Assembly: GCF_001194135.2 (NCBI RefSeq)
Contig: NC_068982.1
Span: 22,665,628-22,717,331, forward strand
Length of the DNA: 51,704 nt
DNA from: Octopus bimaculoides
Lineage: Eukaryota
Reading direction: 5' to 3'
Part shown: positions 1 through 10,715 of the stretch, piece by piece
Numbering within the stretch: position 1 is the first letter of the stretch
Layout: each line of letters begins with the position of its first letter
Notes under the pieces: model-generated
What the model was told of the DNA's origin: nothing
Databases searched by the model: none
The model's input: only the letters and a program-made list of their open reading frames with translations
Position numbers and translations under genes: made by a program

Positions 1-306
1 TATATATATATGGTAATAATAACACACACATATACATATAGTAATAATAACAATAATCCTTGGATGGAATTTATAAGCATTTAATGCATCACTACGCGCG
101 TTTCCACAAATCACATGTCTCTTAAGATAAGAGTCTGTATTCCTGGGATTGTTACAAGTGTAGTCCGTAGTATCCGTGGGTATCCGGTTGATTATCTTCA
201 TGGATTCATTTCTTCAGGCGATATAACATTAATGGATGCATAACAGAGAGTTGTTTATCCATTTTGACCATAACTCAACCAGCCTTCGCACTGGTATACA
301 AACATG

Positions 307-332
307 CATGCATACATACATACATATATACA

Positions 333-363
<31 letters not shown>

Positions 364-380
364 GTGTGTGTGTGTGTGCG
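307..380. repeat. compound (TACA)n/(TG)n microsatellite
   Basis: Direct reading of tandem 4-mers and 2-mers. Confidence 0.95.
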
Positions 381-568
381 TGTACCTTGCACTATTCACA
401 GCCCTTCACGTTTTGAGGAAAAAATCCTACAGAGATAGACCGACTTTGCATTTCGTGGTATTGGTAGGTGCGGTGAATTAAGTAACAGTCACGTGACAAA
501 CTCGATTTAACCTATTGTATCCATTCTCAATATTAGCGGCCATTATAAATGGAACTGCCAGTATCGTT

Positions 569-691
569 AGGTTGACTTTGCCTTTCATCCTTCCGGGGTC
601 GATAAAATAAGTACCAGTTGACTACTGGGGTCGATATAACCCACTTACTCTCTCCATCGAAACTGCTGGCCTTGTGTCAAAATTTGAAGCC
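569..691 (+). mobile_element. SINE family A, 5'-truncated copy
   Basis: gactttgcctttcatcc...ggggtcgataaaataagtaccag core shared with about 20 other copies; tail ggccttgtgtcaaaatttgaa. Confidence 0.85.
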
Positions 692-826
692 AGCGTAAGA
701 GGTCATGTGTCTCTGTTAGTAAACGATGCTCTTACGTTGTTTGTACTGCTTACAGTGATGTATTAAAAGATGGAACTTACATGCAGTTGTAAACATTGTC
801 TAGGCCGGTGCTACTTAAAGTGGTGG

Positions 827-900
827 TCCGTGGACCGCAACGGTCCGCGAGCCATCAGCTGCCGGTACGACGCGAGTTTCCAGAAAAGAATGAAACATTA
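827..900 (+). mobile_element. hAT/Charlie-like DNA transposon end relic
   Basis: cggtgctacttaaagtggtggtccgtggacc resembles CAGTGNTNCTCAAAGTGTGGTCC hAT termini; partner end not found. Confidence 0.45.
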
Positions 901-989
901 TAAAATGCTTATCTAATATTGTATTATTTGCTTACAAAATAAATATAAGGTAAAACATTTCTCAGCTTTTATTTATTATATTCATTATA

Positions 990-1116
990 CAGGGTGTCCA
1001 CAAAGTCTGGGTACATGAGGATTAAAACATACTTAAAGAAATTATTATTTCTTATATTTAATTGTTTATGTTATGATTTTATTTACTCCATGTAGCCAGA
1101 CCTTGTGGACACCCTG
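990..1116. mobile_element. Tc1/mariner-type MITE, 127 bp
   Basis: 28-bp TIRs cagggtgtccacaaagtctgggtacatg / catgtagccagaccttgtggacaccctg (2 mismatches), TA on both sides. Confidence 0.9.
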
Positions 1117-1528
1117 TATATATTGTTTCCGGTATAAATTAATATTACTAAGAAACATTACCGGTCCCTGGCATATTGGACAGAAAAAAAACTGCCTGTA
1201 CACCACATCAGATAGTTTGAGAAGCCCTGGTCTAGGCCACACATCTTTCCGACAAACGTTCAACGAAATACTTCAAACCAATGAAATATTCATTAATATT
1301 TACAATGTTTACACTGATTGTAGACACAAATTGTACGTCGCAACTCAGCTATACATATAGTTTCTGTGGTCATTTATTTGTTAGAAATAGCAGCTATAGT
1401 CTTCTCTAAATTACACCCAACACTCTGAAAAAAGATGGAAGAGGATATCGGACTACACAGTCACTTATTTGCCTCTGAAATAGAACAAGCTCGAACACTT
1501 TGGAATATTTTCGCCTCGATTAAGGTAA

Positions 1529-1775
1529 AATAATAATCCATTCTACTAAAGGCACAAGGCCTGAAATTTGGTGGGAAAGGATTACATCGACCCGACCCTA
1601 GTCGATTACATTGACCCGACCCTGATGTTTCACTGGTACTTTATTTATCGACCTCGAAAAAAGATGAAAGCCAAAGTCGACCTCGGCTTAATTTGAATCC
1701 AGGACGTAAAGACGGACGAAATATCGCGAATCATTTCACCCAGCGTGTTTAGCAATTCTGTTAGCTTACCGTGGC
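1529..1775 (-). mobile_element. SINE family A, (ATT)n-tail variant
   Basis: Reverse complement of A-box/B-box head and core; internal short duplication gattacatcgacccgaccct. Confidence 0.8.
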
Positions 1776-1777
1776 TA

Positions 1778-2002
1778 AATAATAATCATTTATACCATAG
1801 GTACAAACAAGATTTGAAATTTTGGGGGAGGGGGATAGTCGATTTCATCGACCCCAGTACTTCACTGGTACTTACTTTATCGACCCCGAAAGGATGAAAG
1901 GCAAAGTCGATCTCGGCGGAATTTGAACTCAGAACGTAAAGACAGACGAAATACTGTTAAGCATTTCACCCGGCGTGCTAACGTTTCTGCCATCTCGCCG
2001 CC
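1778..2002 (-). mobile_element. SINE family A
   Basis: Head ggcggcgagatggcagaaacgttagc, B-box gagttcaaattcc, core; head-to-tail with the previous copy. Confidence 0.9.
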
Positions 2003-2426
2003 TGAAATGTTAAATAATAATGGTAGTAACTTATATTTGAGTGGATGAGGCCGTCAAGAAACTAAATGTTTGTATGGCTGATTCTCAATCGTCTTGACTT
2101 AGATAAGTTAAGACCACATCACATGGAATGTTAAAAACAGTTTTAAAACTGAAAAGTTAAAAAATATATCTATAAGAAGCTAATGTTTCATTAGTCACTT
2201 TCTTTTATAACAAGTCTATGAATAAAAACGTTTTTAAGGCGATTAAAATATAAGTATTGATTATCCAAAGTTTTAAATATAAACTTATTACCATTTCAAA
2301 TAAGCTTGAGACATATTCGAATCCGTAAGAAAGATATTGACTGCATTTTGTCAGGGAAAAAAATTTCTCGCTGTAGACAATAAGGTGTAAACACAAAGTC
2401 AGTCCGAAGTACGCTCTACCCAGATT

Positions 2427-2470
2427 GATGAATGCATGCATTTCAGTGTAGTTATCTCGTCATCAGCATC
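2427..2470 (-). ncRNA. possible degenerate hammerhead ribozyme
   Basis: gatg-CTGATGA-(15 nt)-GAA-ATGCATGCAT-T-catc: intact core, 10-nt palindromic stem III, 4-bp stem I; stem II does not pair. Confidence 0.3.
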
Positions 2471-3627
2471 TAACAGTGGAAAGCAAGGCGCTAGGAACTA
2501 ACTACGGGAGACCAGATTTCTTTTATATTCCAGTCAAAGCATTGTGACCGGTTGTGCTGATCGGTGGCCCGTTCGTAGTAACATGGACTAGAAGCACTAC
2601 ACTCTTGTAGTGCAATGCTTGACGATCACTAACCTATATCGTGGCTCACTTAAATACCCACGATAGAATACGAATATTCACTCTATATCGCTATATACAT
2701 AATCATATCTCTCTATACATAAAACATCAAAAGTTCTGTATTTTGTCTTTACGCCAACTGAAAGGTAGTCGAATGGTCAAGGACATTGCAGTTTCAATAG
2801 CATAAAGCCACTAAGATGTAAACAAAAAGAAATCTTATGGAACTGCAAATCACCAGTGTAGAATTATCGAACGTTTTTTTTAGTTTGCAATGCTTGGGGG
2901 AAAGCCAGAGATAAACCAATATTTCTATCCAGGAAAGAAACTGATTCGCAATGCATTGACACTGTCAAACGAAGAATTAGAACCAGCAGACGCCTTATAG
3001 TACTTAGACTGCCTTTTAGAAGTGTCAGAAGATATACACAAATGTCAGCTGCAAAGATCATGCTTAAAATGTAGCTCTCTCACCAGCATCACTTCAGCAA
3101 AGATACCATACAATATAAACATGAGAACAATAATGAATGCAACTATAGAAGCTTTATAAATGTGATAAAACAGAAATGGAATAGCACAAATATAACTAAC
3201 GTATCAAGAAATTTTACGCCACGACCGACATTGAAATCAATGAAAATATTAGAAAATAAACACCAGAAAATAGCAAAAACAGCAATATGTGAATGCTGAA
3301 ATAGAGAGAAAAATGTAAAGGGAAAGAAAGCGACAAGTAAAACAACAGCGCTTCACAAATGGCATAAAATTACGGATGAGCATAAACATGATTAAATAAC
3401 TAAAAGAAAGAAGAAAAAAATTGCAAAAACATTATCCAACAGCTAAAGGCGGAAAAGCAGAGACTAAAGAGGTTTGATAAAAGAATAGAATAATCGCAGC
3501 AAAATAAAATGATTTATGAATATAAACAAAGAGACTATATCGTACAGAAGTCGGAAAATACCCTAGCCAAAAAAAAAAAAAAAAAAAAAAAAAAAANNNN
3601 NNNNNNAGAGAGAGAGAGAGAGATAGA

Positions 3628-3662
<35 letters not shown>

Positions 3663-4268
3663 GAAAAAAAATAGAAATACTGCAATTCTGGAGAAATATC
3701 TGAGAGGAGATTTAATTGGATATAAAAATAGGCGAAGCACAGAAGGAAAAGAAAAATATAAAGCAAAGAAGAAAAATATAAAAATATATAAAAAGAATTT
3801 TTTAAAAATGTGCCTGAATGGTGCAAGAGACATGAATGAATACCACAATGGTGGAGACGAAGGTCTCGGGGAGAAGAAAAAGATAAAGGAAATTTACTGT
3901 TAATTAGAATAGATATTATAGAGAACATCTGGTTAGATTTCGTTCATAGGATAATCGCACTTAATGAAATCATATTCGTCCGACTGAAATACCACGAGCC
4001 GAAGAAGGAGCTCCTAAGCGGTGTCTCGACCGATCAGAAATAGTGACCAAATTCTATGAAATCAGCCACTGTTGTCTGTGGAAAACACACATTGGATACT
4101 GTAGTCTGGATACCTTGCACGCATACACATGCGCGCGCGCAGCACACACAGGCGCGTGCGCACACAAACACACACACAAACGCACGCACAAACACAAACA
4201 AGTTTTTGTGTGTCATGTGATGTTCAAGTTGGGAATGCCTTTGATCGTGTACTATGTCTGGTTGGTAA

Positions 4269-4495
4269 GACGGCGAGCTGGCAGAAACGTTAGCACGGCG
4301 GGCGAAATGCTTAGCGGTATTTCGTCTGTTTTACGTTGAGCTCAAATTCCGCCGAGGTCGACTTTGCCTTTCATCCTTTCGGGGTCGATAAATTAAGTAC
4401 CATTTAGGCTTTGGAGTCGATGTAATCGACTTAATCCCTTTGTCTGTCCTTGTTTGTCCCCTCTATGTTTAGCCCCTTGTAGGCAATAAAGAAAT
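4269..4495 (+). mobile_element. SINE family A, full length, aataaagaaat-tail variant
   Basis: A-box region agctggcagaa, B-box-like gagctcaaattcc, core, tail gtttgtcccctctatgtttagccccttgtaggcaataaagaaat. Confidence 0.92.
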
Positions 4496-4690
4496 CAGAA
4501 ACGTTAGCACGCCGGGCGAAATGCTTAGCGGTATTTCATATGTCTTTACGTTCTGAGTTCAAATTCCACCGAGGCTGACTTTGCCTTTCATTCTTTCGGG
4601 GTCGATAAATTAAGTACCAGTTGCGTACTGCTGTCGATCTAATCGACTGGTCTCCTACCCAAAAACAAGTGGGATTGAAAATAGAGGTTA
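4496..4690 (+). mobile_element. SINE family A, abutting previous copy, different tail
   Basis: Starts at cagaaacgttagc directly after the previous tail. Confidence 0.88.
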
Positions 4691-4710
4691 TGATGATGAT
4701 GATGGTGGTG

Positions 4711-4820
4711 GTTTCAAATTTTGGCACAAAGCCAAAAAATTTCGGAAGAGGGGCTACATCGATTACATCGACCCCTTTGCTGGACTGGCACTTATTTCAT
4801 CGACCCCTAAACGATGAAAA
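4711..4820 (-). mobile_element. SINE family A 3' fragment
   Basis: tttcaaattttggcacaaagcc tail and core remnant. Confidence 0.7.
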
Positions 4821-4849
4821 ATAGCCTCCAGGTGATGGTTATTTCTAGA

Positions 4850-4990
4850 AGCACATTTACAATTTTTTCTTCTGGCCTGAACTGGCAGCGGTCGCTTGAG
4901 ATTTGGCAGAATTCCTCATTCATCGGTGCTATAGGAAAACGGAATCTTTTGTCTGCTTCTGTTAAGAATCATACTTCAACTGTGCCATAT
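4850..4990 (+). mobile_element. possible hAT transposase dimerisation-domain relic
   Basis: WPELAAVA followed, across a frameshift, by RIPHSS, resembling the hAT C-terminal FPxLxxLAxxLLxIPHSN motif; very decayed. Confidence 0.25.
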
Positions 4991-5174
4991 TTTCCTCTCG
5001 TGCGATGTGAGTCTGGTGTTCCGGTACACGACCCAATTACCTAGGTCACCTGCACTTTCCAACCGGCGTGATTTCGCTCCGATGCAGCAGCATATAACTG
5101 TGCCATTTTGTGCATTTGGTGTGGTGACTTTAGGGTTGGCCGTTGTCCATTTCCCTTTATAATCTGTTTAGCCA

Positions 5175-5403
5175 CTTTTAAAGAATTCTCGGTTTATCTT
5201 AATCTTTCGTCTTTTACTTGTTTCAGACATTAGACTACAGCCATACTGGAGCACCGCGCTGAAGAATTTATAGTCGAATGCATCGACCCCAGTACTTTTT
5301 TTTTTAAAGCCTGGTACTAATTCTATCGGACTCGTTTGCCGAACCACTGAGTTACGGGGACAGAAACACACTAACACCGGTTGTCAAGCGGTGGAAGCGG
5401 GGA

Positions 5404-5459
<56 letters not shown>
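5175..5459 (-). mobile_element. SINE family B, 3' half with (TG)n
   Basis: Reverse complement of gtttgtcccc...cttgacaacc...ctggggtcgat...gaaacaagtaaaag. Confidence 0.85.
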
Positions 5460-5582
5460 NNNNNNNNNNNNNNNNNNNNNNNNNNNNNNNNNNNNNNNNN
5501 NNNNNNNNNNNNNNNNNNNNNNNNNNNNNNNNNNNNNNNNNNNNNNNNNNNNNNNNNNNNNNNNNNNNNNNNNNNNNNNNNN

Positions 5583-5812
5583 TATTTCTTTACTGCCCAC
5601 AAGGGGCTACACACAGAGGGGACAAGCAATGACAGACAAACGGATTAAGTCGATTATATCAACCCCAGTGCGTAACTGGTACTTATTTAATCGACCCCGA
5701 AAGGATGAAAGGCAAAGTCGACCTCGGCGGAATTTGAACTCAGAACGTAGCGGCAAACGAAATACCGCTAAGCATCTCGCCCGGCGTGTTAACTTTTCTG
5801 CCAGCTCACCGC
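5583..5812 (-). mobile_element. SINE family A, full length
   Basis: Complete head, core and aaagaaata-type tail on the minus strand. Confidence 0.92.
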
Positions 5813-5851
5813 ATTTTTTTTTTTTTTCCCTTTTTTTCATTTTTTTTTCAT

Positions 5852-5969
5852 GTTTACAGCACCTAGGTTTCCCAAGCGGTCACCCATCTAAGTACTAACT
5901 AGGCTCGACTTTGCTTAACTTCGGTGATCGGACGAGAACCGGTGTTTTCAAAGTGATATGGCCGTAAGC
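5852..5969 (-). rRNA. 5S rRNA copy, 118 nt, probably a retroposed pseudogene
   Basis: gcttacggccatatcactttgaaaacaccggttctcgtccgatcaccgaagttaagcaaagtcgagcctagttagtacttagatgggtgaccgcttgggaaacctaggtgctgtaaac matches the metazoan 5S pattern. It is followed by an A-rich tail (5813-5851) rather than a T terminator, with a helix I mismatch and altered loop E. Confidence 0.95.
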
Positions 5970-5996
5970 AAGCTTCTTACCACACAACCACGCCTG
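5964..5996 (-). mobile_element. SINE family B head, first ~30 nt, fused to 5S
   Basis: caggcgtggttgtgtggtaagaagcttgcttac matches the family B head at 22502; GCTTAC is shared with the 5S start. Confidence 0.8.
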
Positions 5997-6377
5997 GAAC
6001 CATTTGAAAAGTCTTGTAGCACTTACAAAAGAAATGCTTTTGCAGGTATCAGTCTGTGTGCGCGGTTACTAGCGCCCTTACTACGTATCGAACCGTCAGT
6101 TATCGTGTTAGTGCTGGCGACGGCATCGGTGGTGTTTTATGTTTTGCTGCTAGAAAAAATCCCACCTTTTGAAGTAGTGATGGCCGCGATGGTGACAGCG
6201 GTCGTGTTTTTCTCAAGCCTGAACAGGAATTTAGCAATGCTATCTCTAGCCAAGCAGTTATTCTGTGCTGATGAAGAGAAATAACCCAGAAACTGCGGTA
6301 AACTGATGTTGCTTTGTGCTGAGTGGGGACCCTAAACTCCCTTGTTCGAAAATATAAGTAAACGAATAGTGTGTCCT

Positions 6378-6548
6378 GTTCTATATTTAAGTGATGAGGA
6401 ATTATGTACATTATTTACATTTGACGGATATTTGTCCTCATCCCGTTTGTTGTTAACACAACGTTTCGGCTTATATACCCTCCAGCGTTCATCAAGTGTC
6501 TTGGGAAATTTCGAACCTGGGTTCTCATTCCTAAGGTATTTCTCGATG

Positions 6549-6607
<59 letters not shown>

Positions 6608-6670
6608 TTCACTGCCTGGAATCGAACTCAGAATCTTGGAGTTAGTAGCCCGCGCTCTTAACCACTACGT
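6378..6670 (-). mobile_element. tRNA-headed, hammerhead-bearing SINE-like element, copy 1
   Basis: tRNA-like head (tagtggttaagagcgc...gagttcgattcc), (AAT)n, then a module colinear with 32909-33180. Confidence 0.85.
6455..6500 (-). ncRNA. minimal type I hammerhead ribozyme, core-mutated (C3U)
   Basis: gacac-TTGATGA-acgctggagggtatataagcc-GAA-ACGT-T-gtgtt; stem II also mutated. Confidence 0.7.
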
Positions 6671-6912
6671 GGTTAAAAGTGGAAGTTAAGACATAACATA
6701 GCATTAGAAAAACGTCAAAGCTTCAGTAAATACTTAACCCCTCAGGGTCGCGAGTCTACTACCCAGAAAGCATCAGCTTAGTTAACAACTTCTATCACCT
6801 GTTCTACACGTACTTTGTCCACTCCCGACTACATCGTGGGTTTTATGAATTAAGACTGAGCGTTTACTTTGGTTGAACTGCGAAATTTCCCACATCTTTT
6901 CGGGAGAATACT

Positions 6913-6978
6913 AGTAGAATGGTGCCACTGATAGAATGGTGTCAAGTAGAATGGTGCCACTGATAGAATGGTGCCAAG
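6913..6978. repeat. 32-bp tandem duplication built from four tagaatggtgyc motifs
   Basis: agtagaatggtgccactgatagaatggtgtca repeated at 6913 and 6945. Confidence 0.9.
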
Positions 6979-7249
6979 ATTTTCTTCATCCATCTGTCAT
7001 CTCGGAGTTTGGATTGTTGGTTTTATATCTTCTTACCAAACAGCCACGTTATTGTTCGGGTAATTTGTAAACTTCATTGCCGGTTTCATCAGCCTCTTGT
7101 AACTCATTCGGTGAGCCACGTGTTGTTTATGTGCTTCCCATAGAAACTCGACCGCAGATGTTGTACATTAATCTATTTATTTTTACTACGGGTTTATTCA
7201 TAGACTACCCTTTCTTTCGTTTTCTATTTTCCTTGATAGTTCTCTGCAT

Positions 7250-7990
7250 TTATCCAGTTTCCACTCCTCCCCATCCAGTGCAAGAAGTCAGAAGATAGAG
7301 CGACATTTCTGGCTGACCTCTGGGAAGGGGGGGGGGAGACCCTTCAGGTATTTGGTTCGCGATATCGGTTGATGCTGGTGTTAGTGGTACAGACGTTGAA
7401 GCAATTACGTTTCGATTGCGGCCAGCTTCGGAGCAGCGACCAATCGAGTAGTAGATATGATTTTTATGCTGTTCAGAAACCTGATGCTGTTGATTCCTCT
7501 AGTTATTCCTGTTACTCGCTTCCTCATTTTTGCGACTGTCCTTCTGAACATTTGGTCTTTAAGTGATTTTGCTCTTACATATATATCAACTAGGTCTTCA
7601 TCTCTGAACCACTAATCCAACTGATCTCGAATCTGCTCCCAGTGTGAGTTATACTTCTAACACAGATTTGTGTTTTTCATGTGTCACTAGAACCTTCACA
7701 ACCATGCAGACCCCTCCCCTATCGGATCATATGTACCAGGGGTCACTTCTCCACTTAATGTTAGCTTGTATTGTGTTGCGGTCACCTGTATTTCCGGCTG
7801 TGACCCTAACATTCCTCATCGCCAAATACTGCAACACAAGAATCTGAGCCAGCATATAGTGCAGAAGTTCTTTCTGCTTTCCCGCCTTCCTCTCAGTTCA
7901 AAACCGTAAAACACGCTTGCACATGCCTTGTCTATATTGCAGGAGCACGCAACAAATCAAACCTGAGGGCGTAAGGAACTGTTATCTAGT
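7250..7990 (+). mobile_element. possible LTR-retrotransposon gag relic
   Basis: GDPSGIWFAISVDAGVSGTDVEAITFRLR resembles the BEL/Pao gag N-terminus; CLYCRST resembles a decayed Zn knuckle. Many stops. Confidence 0.3.
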
Positions 7991-8674
7991 TATATTCAAA
8001 ACAGAGGTATGTCATTTTGTCCCTTCTTAGCCATAATCCTCGAACAAGGTGGTACTATCTCTATTGATACACCATTTCCCCGTAATTTTCCTTTTCCTGG
8101 AGTTGGCTCATGTCTTACCCGCCCTCACCGTGGTGATACGTAGCGTTAGCAAAAGCAAGTTATTGTTGTCGTTGTTACTTTACCACTTAAACCAACGTTC
8201 CCAACATTATTAATTTTGTGTCTTTAAAAATGTAACTGTAAATATTTCTTGAAATCTTATATATTCTATAGTCATAATGTCTGTTCTTTTAAAGTCTGTT
8301 TATGTATTTGAAAACATGTTAGGGCCGCATAAGTGTTTTTCGCCTTTGAAGTTACTACTACTATCTTTGTGACTAGCACCTCTTTCCGCTACCACACAGG
8401 TGAAGATTTTGAAACACGAATAAACAACACAAATGGCTTCTGAACAAAAAATAGATATGCAGTTAAAAATAATGTCTAGGATTAACCTTCCTTCTAGGCA
8501 CTGAAATAGGCTAGACCTTTAGATAATCTATAAGCTTTTATGAGCAGAACGGTAACAAAGAAATCTTTCCCCGTTACCTAATCCTGGAAGAAATCATTTC
8601 TAAATCGGGAGCCTTGATAAACATGTGCGCTTACAAAAATATTCAACAACAACAACAACAACAACAACAACAAC

Positions 8675-9170
8675 CATCATTTTCTCCATATTTTCTGCAA
8701 TTCCAAACATTGTTTTACTTATCCAACTGTGCGGCACCTTGTCATATGCATTTTTGGTAATCTAATTATGTTACACGCAGTCCCGTCAATTTGACTCTAC
8801 AATTCTTAATTATGATTTTATCAAATAAGTGGTCTTTTGTTGCCATACTTTGTTTTCAGCATCCTTTCTGTTCTTCTGGAAGTAGATTGTTACTTTCCAG
8901 ATGAGTATATAGCTTTTCCCCCAAGAAACCGGTCATATGCTTCCACATATGTGGTTAACAAGTTATAGGTAGAACATTTATGCCAAGTTACCTTTTAAGG
9001 GTTCCTTGGGACATAACAGCACTCTTCCACTTATCATCCAGGTTGGGACGTAACCATGCTGCAGGCATTCATCTAGTTACGTAGTGACACTTTCATGCAA
9101 CTGTGTAAAGTAATTCAGCCAGTCACCTTGTACTCCATCCGAGCCAAGTCCTTTCCAGTTTTCACGAAAC
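8675..9170 (-). mobile_element. R4/Dong-clade LINE reverse transcriptase N-terminal fragment
   Basis: NWKGLGSDGVQGDWL..VPTWMISGRVLLCPK..PITC..LLPEEQKGC..AYDKVPHSWI; abuts (CAA)n at 8644-8673. Confidence 0.85.
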
Positions 9171-9494
9171 AAATAAAGAAAATATAGCGCCTGATAGACC
9201 AAACAACACCAATTCCTATGAACGACTGGATTACAGGATTAGAGGTTGAAGAAATACAGAGAAGAATAAAAAAAAAATGAGAAGGAAGAAAGTGGAATAG
9301 CAGTAGCAGTAAATGGTAAGGAATGGGTAAGAGATGAAGAATATGTAAAAAAAGGAAATCACTATGTGCCTGAGATAGCAGATGAAGAAAATAGTGAAGA
9401 TGATGTATCTAACCACGATAATAGCACAACGATTACAATGAGACATACAGCAAAACCATTGAGAACACACCAAGAGATGAAACACAGCAATAAT

Positions 9495-9715
9495 TATTGT
9501 AATTTAGGCGCAAGTCCTGCACTTTGGAGAAGAGTTGGGGCTTATCGATACTGTCAGTTCCTGTGCTTGACTGGTACTTTATTTTAGTGACCTCAAGAAG
9601 ATGAACAGCAAAAAGAACTAGGTGGGATTTGAACCCAGAACGTAAATAACCGGAACAAATATAGCATCGTGTTGCTTTCTCTGACGTTCTAACGGTTCTG
9701 CCAATCCACTCTCCT
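9495..9715 (-). mobile_element. old SINE family A copy
   Basis: Diverged head (ggatttgaacccagaacgtaaa) and core. Confidence 0.55.
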
Positions 9716-9794
9716 GGACGCCACAACGGTAATGACACGCACATCACAACAGCAAGGAGACATCGAAAATAGAAACTAAAAGCAGAAACTAAAA

Positions 9795-10024
9795 GCGGTG
9801 AGCTGGCAGAAACGTTAACACGCTGGGGGAAATGCTTAGCGATATTTCGCCTGCCGCTACGTTCTGAGTTCAAATTCCGCCGAGGTCGACTTTGCTTTTC
9901 ATCCTTTCGGTGTCGATTAGATAAGTACCAATTACGCACTGGGGTCGATATAATCAACTTAATTAATTTGTCTGTCCTTGTTTGTCCCCTCTGTGTGTAG
10001 CCCCTTGTGAGCAATAAAGAAATA
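9795..10024 (+). mobile_element. SINE family A, full length, with 12-bp TSD
   Basis: agaaactaaaag at 9784-9795 and 10025-10036. Confidence 0.93.
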
Positions 10025-10569
10025 AGAAACTAAAAGTAGAAGCAACGATAACAGCGGTGCATCCATCAATAAAACCTGTCCTGCACAATAACAACAACAA
10101 AAACATTAAACAACGAGCACTATACCATTAAACACCAATNNNNNNNNNNNNNNNNNNNNNNNNNNNNNNNNNNNNNNNNNNNNNNNNNNNNNNNNNNNNN
10201 NNNNNNNNNNNNNNNNNNNNNNNNNNNNNNNNNNNNNNNNNNNNNNNNNNNNNNNNNNNNNNNNNNNNNNNNNNNNNNNNNNNNNNNNNNNNNNNNNNNN
10301 NNNNNNNNNNNNNNNNNNNNNNNNNNNNNNNNNNNNNNNNNNNNNNNNNNNNNNNNNNNNNNNNNNNNNNNNNNNNNNNNNNNNNNNNNNNNNNNNNNNN
10401 NNNNNNNNNNNNNNNNNNNNNNNNCCACCACCACCACCACCACCTCCACCACCACCACTACCACCACCACCACAAATATCACCATCTCCGCCGCCACCGC
10501 CGTCACCATCGTCACTGCCACTCTTACATCATTAACAACACCAGCGGAAAGGGACAGGCCCCACTGAGT

Positions 10570-10715
10570 GAGCATTTGAGAGGTTGTTCGACCAGCTAGA
10601 AAGAGCAGTTAAATATTTCTCCAAGCCCACACGCTAAAGTCTTAGAAAAGGACAGGATGGTCGTGAGTGGAATGTCTTTGATCAAATATCTTGCTCGGTT
10701 ATTGCCGACCTGTGA
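10570..10715 (+). repeat. old dispersed repeat (family D)
   Basis: tagaaa(t/g)agcag...ggaatgtcttt motif with related pieces near 1365-1460, 4030-4110 and 45400-45560 (minus). Confidence 0.4.

Noticed and set aside
488-497. gtcacgtgac palindrome (E-box/CLEAR-like)
   Set aside because: A single 10-mer with no promoter context; not supportable as regulatory.
5958-6284. 108-aa hydrophobic ORF
   Set aside because: It starts inside the antisense 5S and SINE head and has no recognisable family; likely chance.
6262-6305. CTGATGA..GAAA motif near the first hammerhead element
   Set aside because: No stem I or stem II pairing.
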